Part shown: positions 40,786 to 53,484 of the stretch, piece by piece
Position numbering within the stretch: the first letter of the stretch is position 1
Layout of the letters: each line of letters begins with the position of its first letter
Assembly: GCA_951406725.2 (NCBI GenBank)
Contig: OX597838.1
Span: 32,054,001-32,118,000, forward strand
Source of the DNA: Octopus vulgaris
Lineage: Eukaryota
Reading direction: 5' to 3'
DNA: 64,000 nt
Made by a program: the position numbers and the translations under genes
The notes under the pieces: generated by a model
Databases searched by the model: none
Told to the model about the DNA's origin: nothing
The model's input: the letters and a program-made list of their open reading frames with translations, nothing else

Positions 40786-41220
40786 AAAACGATTTCTGTT
40801 CAATCTTCGTTCAACTCCATTTCTTCAATTCACTAATAATATTAAAATTCAATTATCCGCACCAACGCACGGTTGCAACACCATATGGTTGTACCTCCAA
40901 CCGTGCTGTCTTCTGCTGTGATTTTTGCTACCAAGGTATCGGTTAAACTTTTGATTAATCTGCAACAAGATTATTCATCTTTCTATTTCACATAATATAT
41001 ATATATGTATGTATTATATATGTGTATTATATATATATGTATTATATTTTATATATATATGTGTATTATATTTTATATATATATGTGTATTATATTTTAT
41101 ATATATATATATATATATTTATTTATGTATATATATGATTGAAAACAAAGAGTAGAGTGGAGATTTATTCACATCCAAAACTTTTTATTAAAAAAAGTTT
41201 TCTCCAGCATTTATAACAAT

Positions 41221-41305
41221 GTCCAACTTACATTTCAACTGCAGCAACTGCACATTGCTCTGTCTGCAATTATGCATCATAGTCACTGCAATTTCATCGA
41301 GGGTC
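41221..41305 (-). ncRNA. Degenerate hammerhead motif
   Basis: Minus strand: UCGAUGA, a 13-bp stem II (AAUUGCAGUGACU/AGUUGCUGCAGUU), then GAAA-UGUAA-GUU. Core and stem I are mutated. Confidence 0.5.
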
Positions 41306-41463
41306 CATTACTTACGGCGTTTTTAAAGTGAACTAATTCAAACAAGCTTCCTGTGTTGATATTCAGTTGATGGTGATAGCATTACCTTTTAAATGGAATT
41401 GAATTCTGGTCTCATAATCACCTCTACTGGTATTACAGTTGAATCATGGTTTATAAAATATAT

Positions 41464-41502
<39 letters not shown>

Positions 41503-42628
41503 GTGATATACGTATTATATTTTATTTATATATATATATATATATAGGCGCAGGAGTGGCTGTGTGGTAAGTAGCTTGTTTACCAACTACATGGTTCCGG
41601 GTTCAGTCCCACTGCGTGGCACCTTGGACAAGTGTCTTCTACTATAGCCTCGGGCCGACCAAGACCTTGTGAGTGGATTTGGTAGACAGAAAAGAAGCCC
41701 GTCGTATATATGTATATATATATATATATATGCATGTGTGTGTTTGTGTGTCTGTGTTTGTCCCCCTCGCATTGCTTGACAACCGATGCTGGTGTGTTTA
41801 TGTCCCCGTTACTTAGCGGTTCGGCAAAAGAGGCCGATAGAATAAGTACTGTGCTTACAAAAGAATAAGTCCCAGGGTCGAGTTGCTCGATTAAAGGCCG
41901 TGCTCCAGCATGGCCACAGTCAAATGACTGAAACAAGTAAAAGAGTAAAGAGTATATGTATATAAGAGAGAGACAGATATTCTCCTTATAGAATACACAT
42001 GGTAGTGCTCAAGAGATTTAAGCTCGTATGGGAATAGGGGTAAGAGTACGGACAAGCAAGTTAGGCAAGTTTATATATACAAAAAATATCAAATGCAATT
42101 CATACAAACAAATGCACAAATGTTTACTTATAAAAAAAGTCTGACTTACACAGAACAGAAATGATATCAGGAATTAAAGGGATTTGTATATATGTATTAT
42201 ATTTTGTATATATATATATATCATCACTAATCATTTAACGTCCGTTGTCATTGCTGGATGGTTTGACCAGGGCTGGTAAGCTGGAAAGCTGCACTAGACT
42301 CCAGTCTGATTTGGCATGGTTTTCCATGGCTAGATGCCCTTCCTAACGCCAACCACTCCAAGTGTGTGATGGGTGCTGTTATGTGCCACCAGCATGGGTG
42401 TCGTTTTTGTGACACAAAAGATATATATATATATATATATATATATCTTACATATATATATTCACATGTAAAAGCACCCATTACACTTTCAGAGTGGTTA
42501 GCTTTATGAAGGGCATCCAGCCATGGAAAACCATGCCAAATCAAACTGAAGTCTGCTGCCCTGGTCAACCATCCAACTCATTTCAACATGTACAACGGAT
42601 GTTAGATGATGATGATGATATATATATA

Positions 42629-43885
42629 CAGAAGTTGGACAAAATAATGGAAACACCTAGCATCATAGCATCATAATTTTAGAATATCTATAAAACCGTC
42701 AACGGCTGGTTTGTTTTATGTTTTTTTTTTATTTATTATTAGTGTTGCTTAATATGTTTTGCTAAAATTGCTGTTTATTTTCAGATATCATCGGAATAAA
42801 GTAATTAAAATTCATTAAAATGACAGATCTATCAGACTTTCTAAGAGGTCAAATTGTTGGTGCTCATATGGCAGGTACTAGTGTAACGAAAACAGCTGAA
42901 ATGTTTGGTGTATCAAGAAGCACTGTCTTGAAAGTAATGACAGCCTTTGAGAAAGAGGGAAAAACCTCCTTGTCGAAACAAAACTCCGGAAGAAAACCAA
43001 AACTTTCAGATAGGTACCGTTGACTCATACACGAATTGGTAGAAAGGATCACAAAGTACAGCTCCCAAGATTACTGCAGAGCGTAATGACCACCATGAGA
43101 ACCCAGTTTCCACAAAAACTGTTCACTGGGAGCTGCGCAAGGCTGGATTTCACAGATTTCAAAAAACCACTAGTTACAAAAACAAACATTGCAAAGCATT
43201 TAGAGTGGAGTAAAAACCTACAGATTTGGTCCCTAGAGCAGTGGAAGAATGTTATTTTCTCAGATGAATCACCCTTTCCCTTATTTCCGACCACTGGCTG
43301 AGTATATGTATGGAGACATCCAAAAGAAGCATTTGACCCAGACTGCCTTCTTCCAACTGTTAAACATGGAAGAGAATCTGTGATGATCTGGGGAGTGGGG
43401 TCTATATCTTGGAAATCCACCAGCCCAATGGTTTCCCTTCGTGGCAGAATTAATAGTCAAGACTATTTAAGCATTTTATCTGATCAAATTCATCCTATGT
43501 TCGCAGAACTGTTTCCAGAGGGAAACACAATCTTTCAGGATGATAATGCACCAATTCACACAGCTAAAGTTGTTACTGAATGGCACGAGGAACATTCTAA
43601 TGAATTTGAACATCTTACTTGGCCACCATAGTCTCCAGATCTCATTATTATTGAACATTTATGGTGCATTTTAGAAAAATAAGTAGTGAGTTGATATCTT
43701 CCACCATCATCACTACAAGAACTGGAGACTGTTTTAGCTGAAGAATGGACAAAAATTCCTTTGGAAACAATTCAAACTTTGTACAAGTCCATACATCATA
43801 GAATTCAAGCTGTAATTACTGCCAAAGGCAGTCCTAACCCATATTAGAATAAATTTGCTTGAAATTTGAAGGTGTCCAACCCATG
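42629..43885 (+). mobile_element. Degenerate Tc1-family transposon
   Basis: TA-flanked, with partial TIR GTTGGACA/TGTCCAAC. Transposase pieces MTDLSDFLRGQIVG..SGRKPKL, WKNVIFSDES, IFQDDNAPIH and WPP*SPDL..IEHLW; stops and frameshifts present. Confidence 0.92.
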
Positions 43886-44779
43886 TATATATGTATGTAT
43901 TATATTTTATATATACATGTGTGTGTGTGTGTTATATTTTAAGTAGCTTGCTTACCAACCACATTATTTCAGGTTCAGTCCCATTGCGTGTTCACTTTGG
44001 GCAACTGTCTTCTACTATAGCCACGGGCCGACTAAAGCTTTGTGAGGGGATTTGGTAGACGGAAACTGAAAGGAGCTCATCGTATATATGTATAAATGTG
44101 TGAGTGTGTTTGTCAACCATCGCTTGATAACTGATGGTTGGTGTGTTTGCATCCCTGTAACTTAGCTGTTCGGCAAAAGAGACCGATAGAATAAGTACTA
44201 GGCTTACAAAGAATAAGTCCTGGGGTCGATTTGTTCAACTAAAGACGGTGCTCCAGCATGGCCACAGTCAAATGACTGAAACGCATAAATGAATAAACGA
44301 ATATATATATATGTATGTATCATATTTTATATATATATATATATGCATTATAGTTTATATATATATATACATGTGTAAAGGCGTAGGAGTGGCTGTCTGG
44401 TAAGTAGCTTGCTTACCGACCACATGGTTCAGGGTTCATTCCCACTGCATGGCACATTTGGCAAGTGTCTTCTACTATAGCCTCAGGTTGACCAAATCTT
44501 GTGAGTGGATTTGGTTGACGGAAACTGAAAGAAGCCATCGTATATATGTATGTGTGTATATATGCTTGTCCTCCCATCATCGCTTGACAACCGATGCTGG
44601 TGTGTTTACGTCCCCGTTACTTAGCGGTTCGGCAAAAGTGACCGATAGAATAAGTGCTAGGCTTACAAAGAATAAGTCCTGGGGTCGATTTGCTCGACTA
44701 AAGGTGGTGCTCCAGCATGGCCACAGTCAAATGACTGAAACAAGTAAAAGAGTAAAGAGTAAGAGTATGTATTTATGTA

Positions 44780-44815
<36 letters not shown>

Positions 44816-45202
44816 CTTTATTTAAAGCAGCAGAAAATTCAACAAAACCTCTATATATATATAAACCTATATATAAAACTTATATATATAATGTATTACA
44901 GTTTAGATATATATATATATATATATATATATAATGTATATGTTTTATATAGACCAAAAATGTTTTTGAAGAAGAAGAGATCTGCAGCGTTCTGCATGGC
45001 TGGCGTAATTCATGAACTGGAGAATGGCAGAGAAAACGCTTCATCCCCAAAATGGCAGAGTGGTGTGAGACGAAAGAACGAAGGCAGAGAACAAAGAACC
45101 CAATGAGTAATAAAAGAGTGAGTAGGGAAACCAAATCGTTTCTACCTAATTAGAGACAAGCTATCCCTGAATTCAGTTTGGTGGGATGGTTGCATAGGTA
45201 AA

Positions 45203-45622
45203 AAGGCGGCGAGCGTGGCAGAAACGTTAGCACGCCGGGCAAAATGCCTAGCCGCATTTTGTCTGCCGTTACGTTCTGAGTTTGAATTCCGCCGAGGTCG
45301 ACTTTGCCTTTCATTCTTTCGGGGTCGATTAAATAAGTACCAGTTACGCACTGGGGTCGATATAATCGACTTAATCCGTTTGTCTGTCCTTCTTTGTCCC
45401 CTCTGTGTTTAGCCCCTTGTGGGTAGTAAAGAAATAGGCATTTCGTCCGCCGCTGCGTTCTGAGTTCAAATTCCGCCGAGGTCGACTTTGCCTTTCATCC
45501 TTTTGGGGTCGATTAAATAAGTACCAGTTACGCACTGGGGTCGATATAATCGACTTAATCCGTTTGTCTGTCCTTCTTTGTCCCCTCTGTGTTTAGCCCC
45601 TTATGGGTAGTAAAGAAATAGA
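45203..45622 (+). mobile_element. tRNA-derived SINE family B, partial tandem. Other copies at ~11660-11880(-), 30550-31620(+, several), 46531-46670(-) and 55718-55944(+)
   Basis: TGGCAGAA..GAGTTCAAATTCC head; central GCCTTTCATCCTTTCGGGGTCGAT box; TSD TTGCATAGGTAAA at 45190-45202 and 45623-45635. Confidence 0.9.
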
Positions 45623-45958
45623 TTGCATAGGTAAAGCTTCTGAAATGTTAGTGTGGTTACAGTCACAGGGAAAAGGCATGCTGCAGCATGGGCCAAAAGA
45701 ATGTGTGTTAAGTATAGGCTTAGTAATATTGTTAACTAAAATTTTGTGGATTATTGGGTGATGGTTGCTGTTTATAATATATTTAATAAAAAATAATGTA
45801 GGAGCGGCTGTGTGGTAAGTAGCTTGCTTACCAACCACATGGTTCCAGGTTCAGTCCCACTGCATGGAACCTTGGGCAAGTGTCTTCTACTATAGCCTCG
45901 GGCCGATCAAAGCTTTTTGAGTGTATTTGGTATATGGAAACTGAGAGAAGCCCATCAC

Positions 45959-46018
<60 letters not shown>

Positions 46019-47243
46019 TCACACATACATGTGTCTGTGTTTGTGCCCCCATCACTGCTTGACAACTGATGTTAGAGTGTTTACATCCCCGTAACTTAGC
46101 AGTTCAGCAAAATAGACTGATAGAATAAGTACCAAGCTTAAAAAAATAAGCTCTGGGATCAATGTGCCCAACTAAAACCCTCCTCAGGGCAGTGCTCCAG
46201 CATGGCCACAGTCAAATGACTGAAACAAGTAAATAACAACAAATAAGATGGAATAATTTTATAAACGAAGATGTCCAATCAATAACAACAACATCCATAA
46301 TTTTTCTTGATTACAATTTCATTTTCAAATTATCCCACCTGTTGACACTAAAAGGTAATATATTTATCTCCACTTAAAAATGGATGTTGTATTAGAATGT
46401 AGAATGCTGTTCTATTTACCCCGAGAGGACTCCTTTCATATGAACTCAGGATGCATAAAAGCACTCATATTTATATCCTTAAAGATTAGAACCGTTTTCT
46501 ATGTCCGCTGGAGCTGGTAGATCACGAACCTATTTCTTTATTACCCACAAGGGGCTAAACACAGAGGGGACAAACAAGGACAGACATAGGTATTAAGTCG
46601 ATTACATCGACGCCAGTGCGTAACTGGTACTTAATTTATCGACCCCGAAAGGATGAAAGGCAAAGTCGACCTGGTAGATCACAAACCGTTTTGGTCTCCT
46701 CAGTAGTAGATGTCCGGTAGTGCCATAACAGCCAGGTCTCTCTTTCCTCCATATTTAGAATTTCAGGGTCCATTCAGACAATGATGTCGCAAATGGCCAG
46801 CTTACGTTTTTAAAAGAAAGATTATTAGCAGCAAAAACCAGTATTAATACTCAAAACGCAATCTTTGTATCCAACTTGATGTGGACGTTATTTTAGAACA
46901 CAGAATAACGCGGTAGTTGCCATTTGCACCGAAAGCCAATGTGAGAGTTTCTCTCGTAACTAACGTAATATTTTGTGTTCTTATACGACATTCACTTTGG
47001 TGGTGATAAATATTACCGTTTATATATATATATACATTTTTCACTAAACACATTTTGTAATAAATACATTTTAAATTTTACATATTAATTTACATAGGTG
47101 CAGGAGTGGCTGTGTGGTAAGTAGCTTGGTTCCGGGTTCAGTCCCACTGCGTGGCATCTTGGGCAAGTGTCTTCTGCTATAGCCCCGGGCCGACCAATGC
47201 CTTGTGAGTGGATTTGGTAGACGGAAACTGAAAGAAGCCTGTC

Positions 47244-47293
<50 letters not shown>

Positions 47294-48869
47294 ATGTGTG
47301 TGTGTTTGTGTGTCTGTGTTTGTTCCCCTAGCATTGCTTGACAACCGATGCTGGTGTGTTTACGTCCCCGTCACTTCGCGGTTCAGCAAAAAGAGACCAA
47401 TAGAATAAGTACTGCGCTTACAAAAAGAATAAGTCCTGGGGTCGAGTTGCACGTCTAAAGGCGGTGCTCCAGCATGGCCGCAGTCAAATGACTGAAACAA
47501 GTAAAAGAGTAAAAGAGTAAAGAGTATTATGTCCTTCACAAAAGAGATTCCTCACAGATGCAACTGTTACTCATGCACACACACACACAGAGGTGTCATG
47601 TTACAAGAAACCATCATGAGTTGATCCTAATTTATCCTGCTGAAAATATCTCCTCTCCTGCAAGACACCTGTTCTCATCCTTCCATCATACTTTAGCCTC
47701 TCAGCACCTGATATGAACCTCCCCCACCCCCGTCCCTAACCCCTCCCCCTTCCCTTCATTCAGTCACAAAGGTTTTTTTTTTTTCCTGTTCTTTTTTTTT
47801 GTCTTGCATCTTATTTCGTGTCTTCACCAGAACCGGTGACATGAAAAAAAAAGCTCTCAGTACACATTCTCAGACGGTTTGCTTTTGGGAAGGGAACCAC
47901 CCATAGAAACCTTGCCAATGTTGACATTGTAGCTCAGTGCAATGCTGCTGCATTCTGTCAAACCTTCCAGATCATTCCAGTATTAAAAAAAAACAGACTT
48001 TAAATGATGATGATGGTGCTGATGATGATGATTAATACCCCAAAACCAAACTTATCCTCTCTTTGCTGTTCCATTCTTGAAAACCTAACAGGCGCAGGAG
48101 TGGCTGTGTGGTAAGTAGCTTGCTAACCAACCACATGGTTCCGGGTTCAGTCCCACTGCATGGCATCTTGGGCATGTGTCTTCTGCTATAGCCCCGGGCC
48201 GACCAATGCCCTGTGAGTGGATTTGGTAGACGGAAACTGAAAGAAGCCTGTCGTATATATGTATATATATATATGTGTGTTTGTGTGTCTGTGTTTGTCC
48301 CCCTAGCATTGCTTGACAACCGATGCTGGTGTGTTTATGTCCCCGTTACTTAGCGGTTCGGCAAAAGAGAGCGATAGAATAAGTACTGGGCTTACAAAAA
48401 GAATAAGTCTCGGGGTCGAGTTGCTTGATTAAAGGCGGTGCTCCAGCATGGCCGCAGTCAAATGACTGAAACAAGTAAAAGAGTAAAAAAGAGTGTGTCT
48501 TTTCATGGAATTAATAAATGCAGTCGCTAATCTTAAAGATTTTTTTCTATATATACATTAATATACATATACATATATACATAAACGAGGTGGGGGTTGA
48601 AGAGTTCCTGGTTTTGGATAACACAAGACAGCGGAGGATCAGTTAATTGTGGTTCTATTCCACATAATCCCCTTTCAGATTCACCCACTTACTGCAGTGG
48701 TCCTTCAGTTTTTCCAGTCCTTTTAAAAGAACTTGGAAGGTTGGGCCTCCAACCAGGCCTTTCTTGAAACCCTTAAAGCCAGGAACTTTTCAGCACCCCC
48801 TCGTGTATATTCTTATCTTCATTAGGTACATTAGAGAAATTATGTTCCTCTGGCCAGCATATATACATA

Positions 48870-48997
48870 AATGAAACCAATTTGTCCCCCTAAATAGGTT
48901 GGCATTGGTGCATAAGCATAGGCGACCCTTGGGAAGAGTTCCTTGGCAAATGTTATGATGTCTTTCAGCAGGAGATGATCAAACCACTGACTCTCAC
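48870..48997 (-). pseudogene. 3'-truncated duplicate of the SRM-like exon, within a 192-bp direct repeat (48870-49061 vs 50429-50620)
   Basis: Near-identical copy 1559 bp away. It keeps the acceptor (catattacag) and reads [42 protein letters not shown], but lacks the last 18 nt and the original donor. Confidence 0.8.
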
Positions 48998-50410
48998 CTG
49001 TAATATGTACGTGGTCTGATCAATAAGTATCCGGACTGTTGCCATAGTAACGAAGCTAAAGATATCTAAGAGCAATAATAGGCTTGAAACCAATGGTTGC
49101 CTTCTGACTGGTCATAACCAAGGGCTACATAGAACATATGTATTTATGCATGTGGTAAGAAGCTTGCTTGCTAACCACATGGTTCCAGGTTCAGTCCCAC
49201 TGCATGGCACCTTGGGCAAGCATCTTCTACTATAAGCTGGCCTCAGACCCACAAAAGCCTTGAGAGTGGATTTTGTAGAGGGGAAACTGAAACAAGACCA
49301 TCATGTGTGTGTGTGTTTGTCCCCCACCACTGCTGGAGCATGACCACAGTCTAATGAATGCAAATATAAAAGATAACAAATCAATTGAAGACATAATTGC
49401 TGTACTTTGTATGGGGTGGGGTGGAGTGTGAGCATGGGTATGTATGCATTAATCTTGGTTCAGAAAAGTAGAAAACCCCACGAAATTTGGGTCACCTTCA
49501 TTACCAATTTATCAGGTAAATGGTTAGGCAGTGAAGCAACTCCCTCAACACATTCCACTCCACAACACTGATTGTCATGCTCTTGTGGTTATCACACAAT
49601 ACTATACAAATTCATGTTATGGTCTTTAGTCTTAAATCATTCTTCATCAGTCTTATATAATACATAAGTGACACTCCGTTAGTTATGACGATGACGGTTC
49701 CGCTTGATCCAATCCAAAGAACAGCCTGCTTGTGAAATTTTAAGATGCAAGTGTCTGAGTGCTCCACACACTTGCGTAACCTTAATATGATTCTCAGGGA
49801 GGTTCAGTGTGACAAGGCTGGCCCTTTCGAATTACAGGTATAGCTCCATGAACATGGAGCAACATGAAATTAAATTGCTGAAGGAGACAATATGGCACCA
49901 GGAATCGAACTCACAACCTTATGATTGGGAGCCAAATACCCTAACCACTAAGCCACACACCTTTAAACACACACACACACATGCACTTCCAAAGCCTGTG
50001 GCCTCAAGTTCAGTCCCACTGTGCAGCAACTTGAGTAAGTGTAAGGAAACTGAAAGAAGCCCATCATACATGTGTTTGAGTGTAGCCTTGTCTTAACATC
50101 ACATGACGGTTGTAAATGAGCATCATCATCATACAAGTAAATCTTCTGTGAAAAACTTGACTGGCCTTGGGGTGGGGGTGGGGGAATATTACCTTGGGTG
50201 GGAACAGGTGAGGGTTGACAACAGGAAAGGCCTTTAGCCATAGAAAATCTGGACCCATGCAAACATAGAAAAGTGGACGTCAAACTGATGATTATATCTT
50301 TATCATCATCATCTTGTAGACAGCATCAACTCATCAGGGAACAAACAAGAGGCTTTAACAAACTAAAATCTGATAAAAACCAAGAGAAAAAATGGACAAA
50401 AAATCTGTAC

Positions 50411-50556
50411 CTGGTTCTTGCTGCAGAGAATGAAACCAATTTGTCCCCCTAAATAGGTTGGCATTGGTGCATAAGCATAGACGACCCTTGGGAAGAGTTC
50501 CTTGGCAAATGTTATGATGTCTTTCAGTTGGAGATGATCAAACCACTGACTCTCAC
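50411..50556 (-). CDS. SRM: Internal exon of a spermidine synthase (aminopropyltransferase)-like gene
   Basis: Minus strand ctattacag|GT GAG...AAC CAG|gtacag; 146 nt. Translates (G)[48 protein letters not shown], which aligns without gaps to human SRM [49 protein letters not shown] (recalled). Too short for the ORF track. Confidence 0.9.
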
Positions 50557-50568
50557 CTGTAATAGGTA

Positions 50569-51268
50569 CGTGGTCTGATCAATAAGTATCCGGACTGTTG
50601 CCATAGTAACGAAGCTAAAGCACGTAGAGTGAAGTCACTTGGCACAGATTGACCTTGAACTCTGCTGTGCATTAAGTATTAATGTTCTAGCTCACTTCCA
50701 CCATTTACAACAGTGCTTGGAAGGAACGTGTGTAGCATGTGATTGTCACATTGACCAAGGCTGAGCGGAGAATCTGCATCAAATTTTGCCAAAAGCTTGG
50801 GGATACCTGCGCAGAGGCCTATGCAAAGTTTTCGTCATTTTCAACACAAGGAGATCTTGTGCAAGTGGAACCCAAGTCTCTTTTTGGTCAGCTTAAGCAG
50901 TTTTGGTACAAATTTGGCAGACATGCATCTCACACTCAAATCTTCAGTGATAATGGACTGAACTGAACCGTAACTAATCTGCACATCATCTGATAACTCA
51001 TGGCTGGTAATTCAATGATTTCCCCTCACAGCTGCATGCACATCTGCGATATTTTTTCTCAGTTCTGCTGGTTGCAGGTCTCCCAGAATGTTTGTCAATA
51101 TCAACATTTTTTTGGCCACCTTGGAAACGTCGGAACTACTCATACACTTGTGTGTAGCTCATACACTCTTCTTCATATACTTACTGCAACTTAGCTCGGG
51201 CCTCTGAGCAGGTATCACCATGACAACTTTCTCTGTCATGGTCAATGCTATGATCACACGCTACACAC
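50569..51268 (+). mobile_element. Rearranged non-autonomous mariner abutting the SRM-like splice acceptor
   Basis: TA + CGTGGTCTGATCAATAAGTATCCGGACT terminus; N-terminal ERRICIKFCQKLG; internal inverted pieces (51195-51268 mirrors ~50728-50815). Confidence 0.75.
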
Positions 51269-51280
51269 CTTATTAAATTA

Positions 51281-51797
51281 TTAATAGCAGAACTTGAGGC
51301 GGTTCAACAAAGATGTTTGCATCAATGGAACAGCTGCGCTACTGGGAGAGACTGAAAGAGCTCTGGCTCTACTCCCTGGGGTGGGAGAAGACAGGAAATG
51401 TATGCAGTGATATATATGTGAAAGATACTGGAGGGGCTGGCACCACACTTTGGAATTGAGGGTTATACCAGACCTCAAAGTGGACGTCACTGCACTAAAG
51501 TGAGAACCATGTACTGTAATATCTTGGGATTCAAGGGCCCACAGCTATTTAATGCCTTGCCAAAGCATCTGAGGGATCTCCATAGAGTGGAGGAAGATGT
51601 TTTCAAGAAACAATTTGACTTCTTGCTATCCAAGATCCCAGATGAACCAATATGAAGGCAGGAAACTCAAAAGGGGGCAGCGGTATCGAACTCCCTCCTT
51701 CACCAAAAGCCAATCGCAAAGAATTGGCCAATTAAAAGGTGATTACACTGGCGATGCCCCAGCATGGCCACAGCCTTATATAAAAGAATAAATGAAT
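51281..51797 (+). mobile_element. Decayed CR1-group LINE 3' end
   Basis: LIAELEAVQ..YWERLKELWLYSL..LGFKGPQLFNALPKHLRDL..FKKQFDFLLSKIPDEP; the 3' end carries GCCCCAGCATGGCCACAG. Confidence 0.8.
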
Positions 51798-52243
51798 ACA
51801 TACATATATGTATGTATGTATGTATAAATTGAAATCTAATTGATGTCAAAGGTAATTAATTATGATCGCATCCTTAATTTTTCTGTATTCATCTCCAAAT
51901 GAAAAATTACTCTCTCATAAGTAATATTTAATCGTTTTTTTCATTAAATATTTTCATCAGGAATGCTTTTGTTTGTCATTTGATTTTGATTAGTGGTCCT
52001 CCTCACTCTGTTAGTTTCTAATTTATCCACATTTAACATACTTTCACGTGTTTTGTTTTATTTGGTTTATTGCCCCAAAGAGACCCTCCGGTATGAATGT
52101 TTTGTGTGTGTAAATAGGACGCAGACGTGTTACACGGGAAAACATTATTTATAGAAACATAACAATCAATCATGTAATTAATAATTAAACACACACACAC
52201 ACATTTATATATCGTTATATGTTTTGTGTGTAAGTAGTATATA

Positions 52244-53484
52244 CACAGACATGACAGAAGTAAATAGACACCTCCTTAAAGCATTGATTTATGTCTGTTC
52301 TAACTTGTAATGGTTTATATTTTTTTTATTAATTGACATTTTTATGTTTCAGGTTCTATATGTGACTGTTTAATTGTGCCTTCTGCAAAAGAGACCTTGA
52401 AACTGTCTGAATTTCAAAGAGGCCATATTGTGGATCATTCTGAAGGTGGACATAGCATAAAATCACCGAAAACCTTGAGATCCAACTTTCTACAGTCAAT
52501 AGGTTGACTGTGCAATTCACCAGAGAGGGGAAGGAGTCCACATTAGCTCGCCCAGATCAACCAGGGTCCTTTGACAGGCCCCCTTTCTTTGCTAAGAGAA
52601 GTGTGGAGGATAATCCTTGTTGCTAGGCCTCTGACATAGCAGAACACATTGATATCAGTCCCAGAACAGCTGTCAGGTATCTCCACGAACTTGGTTACTA
52701 TGGCAGAGCAGCAGGAAGGAAGCCACTTCTTTGACCAGCCAACATCAAGTGGAGAAAAGATTGGACCAGTGAGATGGTGGAGAGGCCACTTGCATTTTGG
52801 GACACTGTCATATTCTCCGATGAGTCCAGATTTGCTGTATTTCCTGACGGTGGTCAAGTGTGGGTCTGGAAACTCTGTGATCAAGAATTTGATGTGAAAA
52901 GATTGCAGCCAACAATGAAACACGGCAGCTATTCTGCGATGGTCTGGGGAGCAATTTGGAGCAATGGTTGACCAGAGATTGTGGAGTGTGAGGGAAACAT
53001 AAACTCAGGTAAATATATGTGCATATTGCAGAAAGGACTCCTTCCAATCTTCTCCAATGGCGAAATGATTAAAAAAGACTCTTTATTTATGGGAAATGGG
53101 GCTCCTTGTCACATGGCTAAAATGACTCAAGGTTTGTTGGGTGAGGTTCCGTGACCAAGCCAGTCACCAGATATGAACCCTATTGAACACTTCTGGGGCA
53201 TAATGGACAGGACACCTCATAAAAAGAACAAGAAATCATCTTCAAAGCCAGATCTTTTGAGATTACTGCATGAAACTTGGCAAGAAATTCCTCAAGAGAA
53301 TATTTGTCATCTGATCAGTAACAGGCCTAATAGGGTCCTTGCATTGAAAAATGCAAAGGGCATGTCTACTAAATATTAGATATTCATATTATAACAATTA
53401 ATATATAATTTGAACGTATTATTTCAGATTTAAATCGAATTTTAATGATTATAAGGGTGTGTATTTACTTCTGTCATATATGTG
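52244..53484 (+). mobile_element. Degenerate Tc1-family transposon (second family)
   Basis: TA-flanked TIRs ATGACAGAAGTAAATA/TATTTACTTCTGTCAT; [29 protein letters not shown] and AKGMSTKY*. Confidence 0.92.

Larger units (their letters stand above)
40379..40842. repeat. Near-perfect 464-bp DNA palindrome; probable inverted pseudo-LTR of a Penelope-like element
   Basis: Arms of ~231 bp centred on 40610 with essentially no spacer; 2 substitutions and 1 indel seen. The left end abuts (TA)n, and the right arm continues ~150 bp to another (TA)n tract. Confidence 0.95.

Noticed and set aside
46410-46720. Minus-strand DINMSAFMHPEFI resembling SRM DVHRAAFVLPEF
   Set aside because: Flanked by stops, lacks the YYN motif and a matching acceptor, and is SINE-interrupted; cannot be distinguished from chance without a search.
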